This document shows positions 1 to 13,481 of a DNA stretch of 64,000 nucleotides, one piece after another (the stretch's first letter is position 1; every line of letters starts with the position of its first letter). A program made the position numbers and the translations under genes. This stretch comes from Lingula anatina (taxonomy: Eukaryota; Animalia; Brachiopoda). The stretch spans positions 11,532,001 through 11,596,000 of the forward strand of contig CM120646.1 in assembly GCA_051362555.1 (NCBI GenBank), in the 5' to 3' direction. The notes below the pieces were generated by a model. The model made no database searches. It was not told the origin of the DNA and worked only from the letters and a program-made list of their open reading frames with translations.

Positions 1-2400
1 AAATTATATACTGATATTTAGACCAGTTTCATTATTTTTCATATAACCTGGCCTTATAAAAATTCCCTATATGAATTAGCATAGGATTTCCTATACGTTC
101 CTATAGAAATTCCTATTAGATTTCCTATAGGATCCTATAAGAATTTTTGTAATGGTATGAACATAAATAAAAAATAAAAATTATATACTAATATTTAGAC
201 TAGATTCATTATTTTTATTCAACCAGCCCTTATAAAAATTCCCTGTATGAATAAGCATAGGATTTCCTATAGGTTCCTATAGAAATTCCTATAAGATTTC
301 CTATAGGATCCTATAGGAATTTTTGTAATGTTCTGAACATATATTAAAAATCAAAATAATATACTGATATTTAAACCAGATTCATTATTTTTCATTCAAC
401 CCGCCCTTATAAAAATTCCTTATATGAATTAGCATAGGGTTTCCTATAGGTTCCAATAGAAAATCCTATAAGATTCCCTACAGGTTCCTATAGAAATTCC
501 TATAAGATTTCCTATAGGATCCTATAGGAATTTTTGTAATGGTCTGAAAATATATTAAAAATTATATACTGATATTTAGACCAGTTTCATTATTTTTCAT
601 ATAACCTGGCCTTATAAAAATTCCCTATATGAATTAGCATAGGATTTCCTATACGTTCCTATAGAAATTCCTATTAGATTTCCTATAGGATCCTATAGGA
701 ATTTTTGTAATGGTATGAACATAAATAAAAAATAAAAATTATATACTAATATTTAGACTAGATTCATTATTTTTATTCAACCAGCCCTTATAAAAATTCC
801 CTGTATGAATAAGCATAGGATTTCCTATAGGTTCCTATAGAAATTCCTATAAGATTTCCTATAGGATCCTATAGGAATTTTTGTAATGTTCTGAACATAT
901 ATTAAAAATCAAAATAATATACTGATATTTAAACCAGATTCATTATTTTTCATTCAACCCGCCCTTATAAAAATTCCTTATATGAATTAGCATAGGGTTT
1001 CCTATAGGTTCCAATAGAAAATCCTATAAGATTCCCTACAGGTTCCTATAGAAATTCCTATAAGATTTCCTATAGGATCCTATAGGAATTTTTGTAATGG
1101 TCTGAACATAAATTAAAAATTATATACTGATATTTAGACCAGTTTCATTATTTTTCATATAACCTGGCCTTATAAAAATTCCCTATATGAATTAGCATAG
1201 GATTTCCTATACGTTCCTATAGAAATTCCTATTAGATTTCCTATAGGATCCTATAGGAATTTTTGTAATGGTATGAACATAAATAAAAAATAAAAATTAT
1301 ATACTAATATTTAGACTAGATTCATTATTTTTATTCAACCAGCCCTTATAAAAATTCCCTGTATGAATAAGCATAGGATTTCCTATAGGTTCCTATAGAA
1401 ATTCCTATAAGATTTCCTATAGGATCCTATAGGAATTTTTGTAATGTTCTGAACATATATTAAAAATCAAAATAATATACTGATATTTAAACCAGATTCA
1501 TTATTTTTCATTCAACCCGCCCTTATAAAAATTCCTTATATGAATTAGCATAGGGTTTCCTATAGGTTCCAATAGAAAATCCTATAAGATTCCCTACAGG
1601 TTCCTATAGAAATTCCTATAAGATTTCCTATAGGATCCTATAGGAATTTTTGTAATGGTCTGAACATAAATTAAAAATTATATACTGATATTTAGACCAG
1701 TTTCATTATTTTTCATATAACCTGGCCTTATAAAAATTCCCTATATGAATTAGCATAGGATTTCCTATACGTTCCTATAGAAATTCCTATTAGATTTCCT
1801 ATAGGATCCTATAGGAATTTTTGTAATGGTATGAACATAAATAAAAAATAAAAATTATATACTAATATTTAGACTAGATTCATTATTTTTATTCAACCAG
1901 CCCTTATAAAAATTCCCTGTATGAATAAGCATAGGATTTCCTATAGGTTCCTATAGAAATTCCTATAAGATTTCCTATAGGATCCTATAGGAATTTTTGT
2001 AATGTTCTGAACATATATTAAAAATCAAAATAATATACTGATATTTAAACCAGATTCATTATTTTTCATTCAACCCGCCCTTATAAAAATTCCTTATATG
2101 AATTAGCATAGGGTTTCCTATAGGTTCCAATAGAAAATCCTATAAGATTCCCTACAGGTTCCTATAGAAATTCCTATAAGATTTCCTATAGGATCCTATA
2201 GGAATTTTTGTAATGGTCTGAACATAAATTAAAAATTATATACTGATATTTAGACCAGTTTCATTATTTTTCATATAACCTGGCCTTATAAAAATTCCCT
2301 ATATGAATTAGCATAGGATTTCCTATACGTTCCTATAGAAATTCCTATTAGATTTCCTATAGGATCCTATAGGAATTTTTGTAATGGTATGAACATAAAT
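1..2400. repeat. Tandem satellite array with 558-bp higher-order repeat made of three monomers (about 177, 176 and 205 bp)
   Basis: AAATTATATACTGATATTTAGACCAG recurs at 1, 559, 1117, 1675 and 2233 (period 558). Variant monomers start near 178 and 354. Each monomer is built from 10-12 bp TTCCTATAG-type subrepeats and carries the palindrome TTCCTATAGGATCCTATAGGAA (one mismatch in the first monomer). The array runs off the left edge of the window. Confidence 0.97.
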
Positions 2401-2752
2401 TTTAAAAAATAATTTCAGCTTCAATGATTTGGTACAAAAACATTCCTAATGATAAAATATTTCTCCATAAAAGATTACTTTACAAATGATCAATTTTTCA
2501 AGATTTCTTTAAAATAGAAATTAAAGAATTTCTATAGAATCCTATAGAAGACTATAAGATTGTGCATTATAAACAATAAAAAGCATTTTTGCTTTAACAG
2601 TGATATATAATTGACAATTCCACTGATAAAATTGACCTATATCAAATATATTTTGTTTAGAATGATATTTGTTTATAAGATATGTATTTTTCTCAAGATT
2701 TTAACTTACAACAATTTCCTATAGGATCCTATAGGAAATTTTCGTAAGGGTA
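2401..2752. mobile_element. Probable right end of a non-autonomous DNA transposon that carries the satellite internally
   Basis: Degenerate CCTATAG motifs continue after the array. They end in a perfect 28-bp palindrome AATTTCCTATAGGATCCTATAGGAAATT (2713-2740), then TTCGTAAGGG and TA. The left end is outside the window, so the TIR and TSD cannot be confirmed. Confidence 0.45.
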
Positions 2753-3458
2753 GGCTTTTCTCTGTTGACTAGATGCATCAGTAGCTGCTTTTCTATATCA
2801 GAAAAGGGTCTACGACTTTGTTTTTCTCATCCTCCAAACCATTCTTTTCTCTTCTTGGCATACTTGCTTTATTCACTAAATTTGGCTTAGATCAAAACAT
2901 CCACATGCAGTGATAATGTCCATATGCACCGTTGCATGACTGAAGTTGATCAGTTGACCCTAATTATACAACATTACTGAGGCGTTTTTAACGAGGAGGG
3001 TGTCACAAATGCCTACTCTTACCAATGAGGAGCTCCTTTATGTCAGTGACCCTTACCTAAAGGCTGGCTTTTGTCAAAGTAATTCCTTATCAAAGGAGAG
3101 GCTAAAGTGTGATCTTAGAATACCATTTCGTTAGGACTTCTTTTACCAAGGAACACCTCGTCAAAGGAAGTCTTTATAAAAGTTGACTTTAGGCCTATTT
3201 TAAGGAACATCTTGGAACACGGGCCATAATTTTGTTTAGAAATATAAAGCAGTATTTAAGCCAACCTTATTTTCATTTTAGTTGGACAGATGTGGACTGA
3301 ATCCGACAGACCACTGCAGACCACCATCGCAGACCACTTGTTTCCACTACTAATATTCGGAAATAATTGAACTCTCCGCACTAAAATAGTTAAACTGTAA
3401 AAATTTAGCAAACACATGCCTCAAGGTAGGGATATTTCCTATCCACATCTAGACGGAC

Positions 3459-5427
3459 ATGGCACAAAACGCGTTTGGGTCTGTCAATGCATGTGATGTG
3501 AAATATCAGTCTGAACAGAGAAGGCTTGCAAGTTTTAAAGAATGGCCGGGAGAGAATGAAACCAACTGCACGAAGCTAGCCAAACATGGCTTTTTCTACA
3601 CCGGCAATAAAGACGAGGTACAATGCTTTTCCTGTGCGGTCAGAATTAAAGGCTGGGATAGAAAATATTGCCCTCTGGATGTACATCGTCGCCAGAGTCC
3701 AAACTGCAATTTCATTAACCACCGGGAATCTGGGAATCAACCTTTGTTTTACAACAATTGTTTGGTTGACGCTATTTGTAATGGCGATCCGTTTCCAAAA
3801 TTGTCTCCAGTTATCCAACAGAACTCAAGCGGAACATACTATGGCACACCGCCAGGTGAATTACTAAGCAGAGACACAGATGTGGTGACCACAATCGAAT
3901 CGAACAATTGCATCCCAGAAGACATCAGTAATGATAATTACTGTGAAACCAACGCAACAATCCCTGTACCAACAGGACTACAATTTACTCCAAATGAACA
4001 AATATCCAAATATCCATGTTTTCCTCAGTCGTCTAATCAAAGCATTGGCGTTGATAGAAACACTAGTGCGCCCACTGTAGCAAAATTGAAGCCAACACCC
4101 TCACAACACAACGATGGCACCTTACGTAAGTTTGATAAACACATTAGATTATTTTAGAATATGTTTAACCAATTTTCTTGGGGAGGAAGTACTTTGTGTG
4201 CCAATGAGGCAACTAAATGGTTTATTTCATTTGCTGGTACTGCCCATCGAAAATTATTCTATAGAAATCAGTTCCTTGGTAAGCATAAGAAGCCTAATGT
4301 ATCATCTGATGAGTGTTTGCAAATCAATCTGTTGAAATATGCGGCATCTACCGGGTACGCACGGGCCCGCGTGTGCATGTTTTAGTATTCATACAAATAC
4401 ATTGCATACCGTATATTTTTTGTGTGCACATGTGCCCTTCAGTGCACATAGGTATTTCTGAAAAATCGATTATTTAATTATATTATATCTTATGTTTCAG
4501 AATTAAAAGGCGGCGGATGCACTGTGGATACCCCCAAACATCTTTTTAAAGATCTGCCAACGTCTTGTCCCGCTCGTCTAGGTAAATATAAATGTACAAT
4601 ATGATAATGCTTTCTGACAGCACATTCAAATGCATGCAGTTAAAATAAGCCCGGTAAAAGTTTAAGCCTGTAGGAGTTACTCAGTGAACGTCGTGCTTGA
4701 TTATAAAAATATATTGATATTTCGATAAATTGGTTCTTCTGTGTGATGGCAGTCATACTACTGTCATTACATACGCGCCGAAACGTGATAGGGCTACCGT
4801 AAATATTTCAGGTTCCAGGAGCGGAGAAAACCACTTGCCATATGGACTTGACTTCGGAAACGGGCAAGCGAAAGAAATACCTGGTATTGCCCATGTGGAA
4901 AAACATACACCTTGCGAAGAAGTACATCCTCCCGTAAGTTGTAGTCATGGATACTGATACGCGGTTAAAGCACTCCAAGCCAGGATTGCCCCGCCAAATA
5001 CTCATATTTTATGAATTTTTACTTACCAACCTTTAATCTTCCTTTTTTTAATGTGCGCCAAGAAAAAAACTGGCTTGGATTGCTTTAAGAGCACGTAAAG
5101 TGTATTCACTCTATAAAAATAAAGCGACTGACATGGCAACCAACTTGCAATATATGTTTATCTGAATTGTCGCACGTTTGAAGAAAGTGAAAAAAGAAGA
5201 ATTGCAATAAAGAAAATAACATTCCAGTCGTGTAAATACTAGTAGTCATTAGAAAGGCAGAAAATCAGAATCATCTTTAAACGCTGTTATATTGACGTTT
5301 AATTTTATTATTATAGTATTACCCACCACGTGACTCTCATCAGGGAATTTTGGATTCTTCAAACAGCGATGAGAACGGATCTGGAAGCGATGTAGCGGAA
5401 TGCAATTTGCCAGGAGTGAAGAAGTAA
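3459..5427 (+). CDS. Inhibitor-of-apoptosis family protein with a single BIR domain and no RING (about 317 aa)
   Basis: BIR signature RLASFKEWP...LAKHGFFYTG..DEVQCFSC...W......PLDVHRRQSPNCNF (C-x2-C-x16-H-x6-C). Hand-spliced coding exons: 3459-4125 (donor GTAAGT), 4501-4581, 4812-4933, 5344-5427; phases 1, 1, 0 are consistent and the frame is open to TAA. Exon 1 is strong; exons 2-4 are inferred. Acceptor TTTCATTTTAG at 3281 implies an upstream non-coding exon. Confidence 0.85.
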
Positions 5428-7039
5428 CCATGATAATTTTTTAAAAAAAATATGTCATCGTCCTGATTACACGTGCACGTTTCAAAAAATAAAAAAAATT
5501 GATGAAAGTCTAGAAAAAAGTTGAGTGGCGGTCAACCAGGCCTAACGCAACGACAAAGACATGCTATTAGTATACAGGTTGACCTGAGCATCTATCAGTT
5601 CATTTAACTGCGGCGATAACTAGTGGCACTTGCAGATGACATTTCACGACCTACTTTAACCGTTTGCATTGATTTTTGGCTATATATTATAAATGTTCTT
5701 TTTGTGTCGCATGTGGACAGATCAGATTGATATTGCCTTTAGGTCATGTTTATTTTTAGCTGTTCGCGGAATTCCAAAATTAGTTGGGTTTTTCCGTTGT
5801 GGTAGTTGCGTATATACATTGTGTATGTTGGGGCGATGTTGCACACCTACAACATGGCTACAAAGCCACAAACCTTGCTTCCAAATGCCCCTTAGGCCAA
5901 ATTTTCTTAGCCCGAATTTTTTGTATCCAATTTTTGGGCCCTTTCACGATCTTTTCATTTCCTTCGAAGGTTCTTAGCCCGAAGATATTTTATGGTACCA
6001 TGCCATTAAATTTGAACAGATGAGCTAATTATCTTTAAAAAATCTATATTTAATAGTTTTACCCAAATTACACATATCCTGTAACCACCAGTGAAGATTA
6101 AATATTCAATCAAATTCAAGTCGTATCGACACATACCCATCACGACACAGTAACGATTGGAAATGAAGTAAGACACTGACAAGTATGTACTGACAAGAAC
6201 AAGAACTGACATTTAAAATCAAAAACATGCAAAGGACCCTGCTATAAGAACAGTGAATCAGGCATCTATAAAATTCCTTATAGTACAACATTGATGAACT
6301 TAGAAAAAATATATTCACAATTTATTTGATGTATTACAGCCAGAGATGCATATGACATAATATTTTGTTGAACATTTTACAATGCATAGGAAAGTTTGGC
6401 GTATCTTTGCAACCCCACAAATGAAATTTGTGCAAAATTGTTGGTAAATAATAACTTTTGCTGACTCGTCGCATCATAGTTTTTAGGATGATGAGTCTCA
6501 TTGAATATTTGATATATAATTTTTATCCCTAAGGCCATAACATTTAATACAGGCAACAATTTGCTACATTGTTATTATTGTTAAAACGATTAGGATAGAG
6601 GGGTTATATAATAAAAGCGGCCTGGTGTGGCCAAATCACGAACAAACAATATTCCTTGTTACCTTCTTTCTTGCTATGAATGAGACTATAAAAGTTTGTG
6701 GTACACTGAGATGGAGGAGACATAAATACTGGTATACATAATATATATGACTTAACAAGTAAGGCTCTTGTGTTGATTTTATTCAGTGGCAGTGGATGCC
6801 GCGTTTGCTTTTATTTCGAAGATAAAAATTACCATTTGAACTTCAGTCTGGCAGCTCTCCATGACCGACAACGCCTAAGTTCTGAACAACACATGCTTTC
6901 GGACGTGTATGTCAGAAAAATTAGAGAAGTTATGTAGGAACTTGAGAGGTTCCCCTTCGCCGTTTTTACGTGTACTTTATCTCAAGGACAAAAAGAGCAC
7001 TGCAGTATGTAGGCGCTGGGGTCAGACACTACGACACAA

Positions 7040-7325
7040 TTGTGATCCAGGATTATTTGAAGGTGGGGAGGGGGTCCGTGAATGCGAAGTCGGCCCTCTC
7101 CTCCCCTCCCCCCCCCCCCCCCCCCCTTGTCGTGGGGTTCGGGTGCCCTCTGAAGGGCACCGAAAAAATCGTATTTTAGAGGGAGAACAGTGCCATTGGG
7201 TACGGTTTAGAACTATGATTTATTTAATTCTAATTTCAAGAAGGGACCATTTTCCGTGATTTTTTTTTAGAAATCGAAGAGGGGGGGGGGGGCAGGAACC
7301 CTGACACCCCCTAAATCCGCCACTG
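7040..7325. mobile_element. Short interspersed non-autonomous element (MITE-like), ending CCCCTAAATCCGCCACTG
   Basis: Homologous copy at about 57125-57366 (shared GTGCCATT.GGTACGGTTTAGAACTA...ATTTCAAGAAGGGA) and a partial copy at about 7575-7670. Confidence 0.55.
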
Positions 7326-7830
7326 TTTGTGATTTACATGCAAGTTTGAATTTTATTTCACTGTAACATATGCCTTCACCTGGGTGGATAAAAATGACAA
7401 TATAAATATAATTTTAGTGAATATGCTATTAAACATGTAGCACTGTACAAGAGTCACGTAAATGCGGGGAATCACCATCGTCATCGCTATATTTAATTGG
7501 TTTCTTTTTTAAGTTTCGCTTTCATTATAAAATCGGAACATGTTTTAAAGTGAGATGATTCAGCTCGTCAAAATTCTAACTTCAAGAGGGGACCATTGGC
7601 GTGATTTTTTAAGAATTTGAAGGAGGGGGGGGGGGGTCAGGACCCCTGACAACCCCCTAAATCCTCCAATGTTTGTGACCTACATGCATTAACATGTACG
7701 TGTAGCACTGTACAAGAGTCACGTGTGGGGAATCACCCTCGTCATCGCTATATTTCACTGGGTTTTTTTTTTTGTTTCGGTATCGTTAGAAACATGTTTA
7801 GAAACATGTAGAAAGATGTTTTAAAGTGAG
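7228..7830. repeat. Imperfect tandem duplication (about 7228-7552 and 7572-7830) immediately upstream of the IgSF-1 start codon
   Basis: Both copies share TTCAAGA.GGGACCATT, a G-run followed by CAGGA.CCCTGACA, GTAGCACTGTACAAGAGTCACGT, TCGTCATCGCTATATTT and ATGTTTTAAAGTGAGA. Confidence 0.8.
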
Positions 7831-7846
7831 AGGGTAACTGGACAGG

Positions 7847-9369
7847 ATGGTTCAGGCACTAGTACTTCTTGTGATTTTGAAGTGTTGGTTGGGTCAAGGT
7901 GAGCTTAATATAGATTTTCAACCGCCAGAGTGCACAAAGGTCGTATAATCGTCTTTGGACTGAGGCTATTGATAGTTACACTGTTCCTTTGGCTGAAAAT
8001 AGGACATTTAAACTGTACTGGGGCCAGGACCGCACACTAGTAATGGTCGCTTTTCTCCAGCGCACATGTACCGGTACAATGTAGAGCAGAAATTCATGAA
8101 TTAGCCCGAGGCATATAAGGATATATAGTGAAAACTCCATTTGTGACCCTGGTAGAGGGTAGTGTACATAACCCAGTTGTTAGTGTTTATGAGCGTACAA
8201 TACTGTAACTTCAGCTGGATGCAATATGACGTCTTTGCTAAGATCACGACGAATAATTGTGTGGTCACATGCTAATTGGGACGCGTAATGATTGGTCAAG
8301 ATGATGTAACAAGTGCGGTGGAAGTACAAGTGGCTGTTATAACGGCACCTGGGCGACTCCTACTTATTATTTCGCGTCATAAATGGGATTGGGTCTAAGG
8401 CCGCAATCTTGTATAAAATTTACATGACATTTTAATTAAAACAGGGGCGGCATTACCCATCGTAGAACAGTGTCCCAAAATATGATTAAAGAAAATATCG
8501 TTCAAAATAATATTATTATTATTTGTATATTAATATAAGGTCTTAAAAGAAATAATGCATCACTTTGTAAGATGCACACTCGCTTTTAACACACGCACAC
8601 GCAACCACACGGTTAAATTTCCGTGCAATAATTTACGATTTCAAACGTGACACCCATGACAACTTTTGAAGGTCTTATGAAACAGAGCTGATGAAGGTTG
8701 AAATATTGTGAACTCCATTTCAAAACGTACATGAAAGACATAGTATAAGAGATAATTTCATTTTCAACATTATCTTAACTTAAAACAACTGAATTAATTA
8801 AAACATACACTCTGTTAACAAACTTTGTTTCCAGTGTTTTGCTCTCCAGTGGCTTTGGAAGAATCCACAGACATAGATACTGTGTATGCACGAGAGAATG
8901 GAACTGTCGCACTCCAGTGGTCACTGTTTATTGGTGAAAATGCAGGCAGGTCGTCGGTGAACGTCATGATCAAAAAGAGAGACGCTCTGCTTTGTCAGTG
9001 GGTAAAGGCACACTGGGAGGTAAACCAGTGCGACCCAGGAATGAAATTAACAATCAACCCAGAACAAGTGCGTGTACCGGGTCCAACCAACATTAATGTC
9101 ACGTTTTCCTTCGAGAACAAGAAGCGCACCGATGATGGGATATACGACTGTCGTTTTGTGATTGACGAAAAATGGCGCGAAATGCAAAAACTAGAGAAAA
9201 AGTTAGAAACACCAGGTATGTTTCTGGTAAAGATAGTGCCTACAACTGTGTGTAATTCACGTTGTTGTTTTTTTATTGAAAGTATTATGACAATACAACC
9301 GACACTGAAATCAACCTCGAAACATATTTTACATCAGTTAATTCATCCGTTTAAGATTGACCTTTACAA

Positions 9370-9412
<43 letters not shown>

Positions 9413-10679
9413 ACTATCTATCCGTCATTTAATAGTTTTTGTTCAAACTTTATTTTCCTTTATAACTAAATGTTTGGAATTGCATATAAGTGAGATCATT
9501 GTGCTAGTTTTTGTAAAAGAATCAAAATATAATAAACAAGATTTCGTAAATAAGTGGGATTGCTAGAGTGGCAATTTTAAAACTTTAGATCTTTTCTTTC
9601 TTTCTTAGCTGAACCAAATGTGACTGCGACTAACAACGACTCATCCATTACGTGCTTTGTCAGTGGCGGCCGACCAAAACCTGCTAAAACGATCCTCCTT
9701 CTAAATGGAACCGAAATATCACGCTCTGAGTGCACATACTGCCGCAATAATTCGAAGTGCTCTTCAATCCATTCCGTAGAAAAGTTAACCGGTATATACA
9801 AGTGCAGAGTGGAACTTGTCGGAGACGTCGTTGACAGTGCCGAAGTGGACATCCCATTTACAACAAAAGATACCCGTAAGTAGTCCACTTTCAACAGATG
9901 ACTTACAGAAATTTCTGTGATGATAATCAAAATCCCCTTCTCTCTCTCTCTTCTCTCGAAACTTATACCGATTTCTTTATAAATGTTTTTCATTTTCAAG
10001 AGCAACTCCTCACTGTTTTATTTATTTATTAGTTAATTTATTTATTTGTTTATTTAGTGTATCCAATATCATTTCCTTTAATTTTTCTTAATTATATTCA
10101 AACGACAGACAACCAAACAAGTGCTGTGAGAAATGTCTGCGTGAATGTCGTGCAGACTGTTATAGCAGTATTATCAGTTCATGTCTTTGGAGTGATAATA
10201 ATTGTTGTACTGGTATATCGAATTTGGAATCCCGTAAAAACCCCCGGTAAGTAATAACACACACCACACAAAAACTTTTTAAACCCTATGCATTTGTATC
10301 AGTGTGACTCGTTTACCTAATCCAGACAAAGCTACTTTAATAAGACTATTAACTATACAAAAACTTTTGTCCATTTCTGTGGAAAAAAAGCTAAATTGTA
10401 TCTTAAAGTGTTGTTATTTACAGGTTTTGTATGTGACTTTAAGCTTTTGTTTAAATTGATAAATACTTCCCACTTCTTTTGCACGACGTTTGTTTTATAC
10501 TTCCAGCTAACGATGTTATCCACCAGGCAGAAGAAGAAACGGAACACTGTGTTGCCCATTACACAGACTCCTCTGGTTCAGTTGAGATTGTCGCGCCTGC
10601 CGAAAATGAAAACGAACCTTGCGTTTCCCAAAATCAGGCCACGTCTCACAGAAAATTTGAAGTCCTCTTCTGTGGCTAA
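7847..10679 (+). CDS. IgSF-1: type I membrane protein with leader, atypical V-type Ig, C2-type Ig, TM and acidic cytoplasmic tail (about 336 aa)
   Basis: Exons 7847-7898 (MVQALVLLVILKCWLGQ, donor GTGAGC), 8835-9215 (Ig, DDGIYDC), 9609-9875 (ITCFVSGGRPKPA...GIYKC), 10109-10246 (TM VIAVLSVHVFGVIIIVVLVY), 10507-10679 (tail to TAA). All introns are GT-AG phase 1; total 1011 nt, open. Confidence 0.85.
9369..9413. repeat. (TAAA)n microsatellite
   Basis: Directly visible run in IgSF-1 intron 2. Confidence 0.95.
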
Positions 10680-12512
10680 AATGTTAGTTAGTAAACTTAC
10701 TGCATGACTTACTAAGTTGTGTTTCACAACAAATTATTAAAGGCAAGATTTATCTATCAGAATTTCAGCAACTATCTAGAAATCTTAGCTTACTAAAAAA
10801 AAAAGCAAACAAACAAAAACAAAAAAAAAAAAAAAAAACATCTGCAACTCATTTAAAAACTGATACCAGCAATGATGCCCATATTGAAAGTAATTGAAAA
10901 CAGACATACAATAATGATAAGGCAAATATTGAAAATGACAATGGCGGTTTACATTATCTGTCATGAAATATTAAACAGTGAATGACGATTCATATCAACA
11001 AGAGTCCAGGTCAACATGATTCACGCCGAGAACGGACAGTATAGACACAAAAAATAAAGTTTGTCATAAAAGCATGATTCACATTTGGTTGATACATGTA
11101 TATTTAGTGTAAAAACGGGTCACACTGTGTGCGCACTGATCCAGATACAGTGTGAAGTTTTTCTATTGATCTTAGCTATGAAGATAAATGTGCAGCCATT
11201 TTTGTACATAATAAAGTGTTAGTCGGCTGCAGTGTTTGCTTTCATGCGATGTCAGCTGATTCAACTGTGCGACATATTTATCCAAAATGGTATCAAAACT
11301 GACACTACGCGATACTAATTACCATTCACTGTGATCTAATGGCATTTTTGCCATTTTATGAGTACATTTATTGTGTAGCATCTGGCGAGATTGAATATAT
11401 ATATATTTTTTCAATGTATTGAGTATAGAAATATCAATATTATTTGTTTCTTGTTGCTTATGTCTTCGTGTTAAAGACACCAGCTAAATGTTTACGCACT
11501 ACAGTAGCAGACGATGTTTTTAGTTAAGCTCTACTGTATTACTGTATTTGTATGGGGAAAATATATGCTGGTAATTATCCTTTCAAGCTCGTAAGGACTC
11601 AAAGGGTGAACAAGCTTCCAAAAACCGTGCGTTCCCATGCTTCATTTTCATTTCCATTCAACCTTTATTTGGTTAAGAGCACAAATGTTTGAATGAATAC
11701 TGTTGACCCAAATCTTGTTGGTTTCTCTTTCATTGTATGCATGCAAAGTCAACAATGATTCACGAGACATGGGATTTGAACAATATTTGTCCCTTTTTTA
11801 TCTTAAGCCGAAAAACAAGTATTGGCAATCTATTTTTTTGCTCTGGTGAAATTTCCATCATTTCTCGTTGCGGTAGTTGCGTATGCTGTGTTGAAGTGCA
11901 CACCTACCACATGGATCCGCCTTATTGGTATATATTTTTGACACCTTATATTATTTAAAACTAAAAACAAACATCACACAAAAAGGCACTTTTTAACACG
12001 CTGTTTAATAACCTTTCTTTGTGGAAGAAACAGAAGCGAAAGAAGTGTTTCACGGCTGTCGTTTTTTAAACCAGGCAATTTTTCATAATAATTCCTAAAT
12101 TTTTCCAAAATAAAATTCTTATCTTTAGTGGGCGATGCAGTTCTATTATAATTCACCTGAGCTTCATTGCAGAGGGTTATTTTCTTTGCCGCTTCCTCGA
12201 ATCCTGTGTCTCTAATGTTGCTGATTCGTTTCAGCAGAAAGTCGCTTGCAATTACTGCAACAGCTCCACGAAATTTTGCATACTAATGTCCATATTGTTT
12301 GGTGAATTTTGATTTTCCTCTGGTCCTTTTTAATGCACTAGTACATTTTGAATTCAGGTGGTTTTATATTGTTAATTAAAACTACGGTCAGCTGAAATAG
12401 AATTAATGTTTAATTATTAAAATACATGTACAGTAAAATCTTCAAATACTATTGCATTAATTACACTGATTACTAAGCATTAGCTTATTACTTACATGTT
12501 TGTTAAGTCTTA

Positions 12513-13481
12513 GGCCACACTTTTTTATTTTTATGGATGACATCCTCTGAGTACCCCAAAATCGGTGCGAGAGGGCGAAAAAAAAAACAGTCCAAAAAAA
12601 AAAATACTGCATTAGTAAAGGAATGCTTTCAGTACACAGCTGGAAACACAAATTTTACCATAGAAACACGAATCAAACTAACAATATGTCTATATCCATG
12701 CTCTCAAAATATTAAAGCATTGCGAATACTTCGTAGAAATGTAAAAAAAAGTCACAAATAAATATACTTCATATTACCAAATCTATTCAAGGTTATTTCA
12801 TGCATTTTGTTGGTAAAGCAATTAATAAAACAAATATCAAACAAACAGTGTGTCTTTATTTGTATTCTCAGAATATTAAAGCACTTTGAACACTTCACAG
12901 AAATGTTTAAAAAATGATGCAAAGATATGCTTAATACTACCAAATCTATTAAAGGTCATTTCGGACGATGCTATTTCGTCTACTTCGACTCACACGCAGC
13001 AGCCAAACTGTCAGGTGGCCTGTCCGACCTTCAGCACACCAAATACCTCGACGCCCTTGTGGACCCATTTTTCGCTACAGAAAACCTGGTATGTGCTGCT
13101 TTTTACAGAATGTCACAGAAATTTTTCGGGCGATAATCGCTGGCTGCCGCCAGCCTTTCGCATAATTGTAAAAAGGTGATATCTCCATGCCCAATATCAA
13201 AGGCATACCAATCCAAAACGACGGCGCCCGTTCTCTTTATGACTTTTATTGTAGTGTAATTTGAAAGTAATCCTACAAATGAATTTGACGGCAAAGCGGC
13301 CACATTTGCACGTGGCGATAATATGCATGCGCAGAAAGCTCATTTCCTGGCAAATTCAATAACGACGTTTGCGACAACCGACTTCGGGGAGGGGGGGGTA
13401 TTTTTTTTTTTTTTTTTCGGAGAACGGGCAAAAATCGGTGCGCGCGCAGGATGTCATCCATAAAAATAAAAAAGTGTGGCC
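12513..13481. mobile_element. Non-autonomous PIF/Harbinger-type DNA transposon (969 bp)
   Basis: Perfect 34-bp terminal inverted repeats GGCCACACTTTTTTATTTTTATGGATGACATCCT (12513-12546 and 13448-13481), flanked on both sides by TTA (12510-12512, 13482-13484). A TWA target duplication is typical of Harbinger. No transposase ORF inside. Confidence 0.9.

Noticed and set aside
1-2400. CRISPR-like array of palindromic repeats
   Set aside because: The sequence between palindromes is itself repeated (no unique spacers), there are no cas genes, and the context is eukaryotic. It is a satellite.
6909-7259. 116-aa proline-rich ORF
   Set aside because: It derives from a C-run within an interspersed repeat that also occurs at about 57.2 kb; no domain features.
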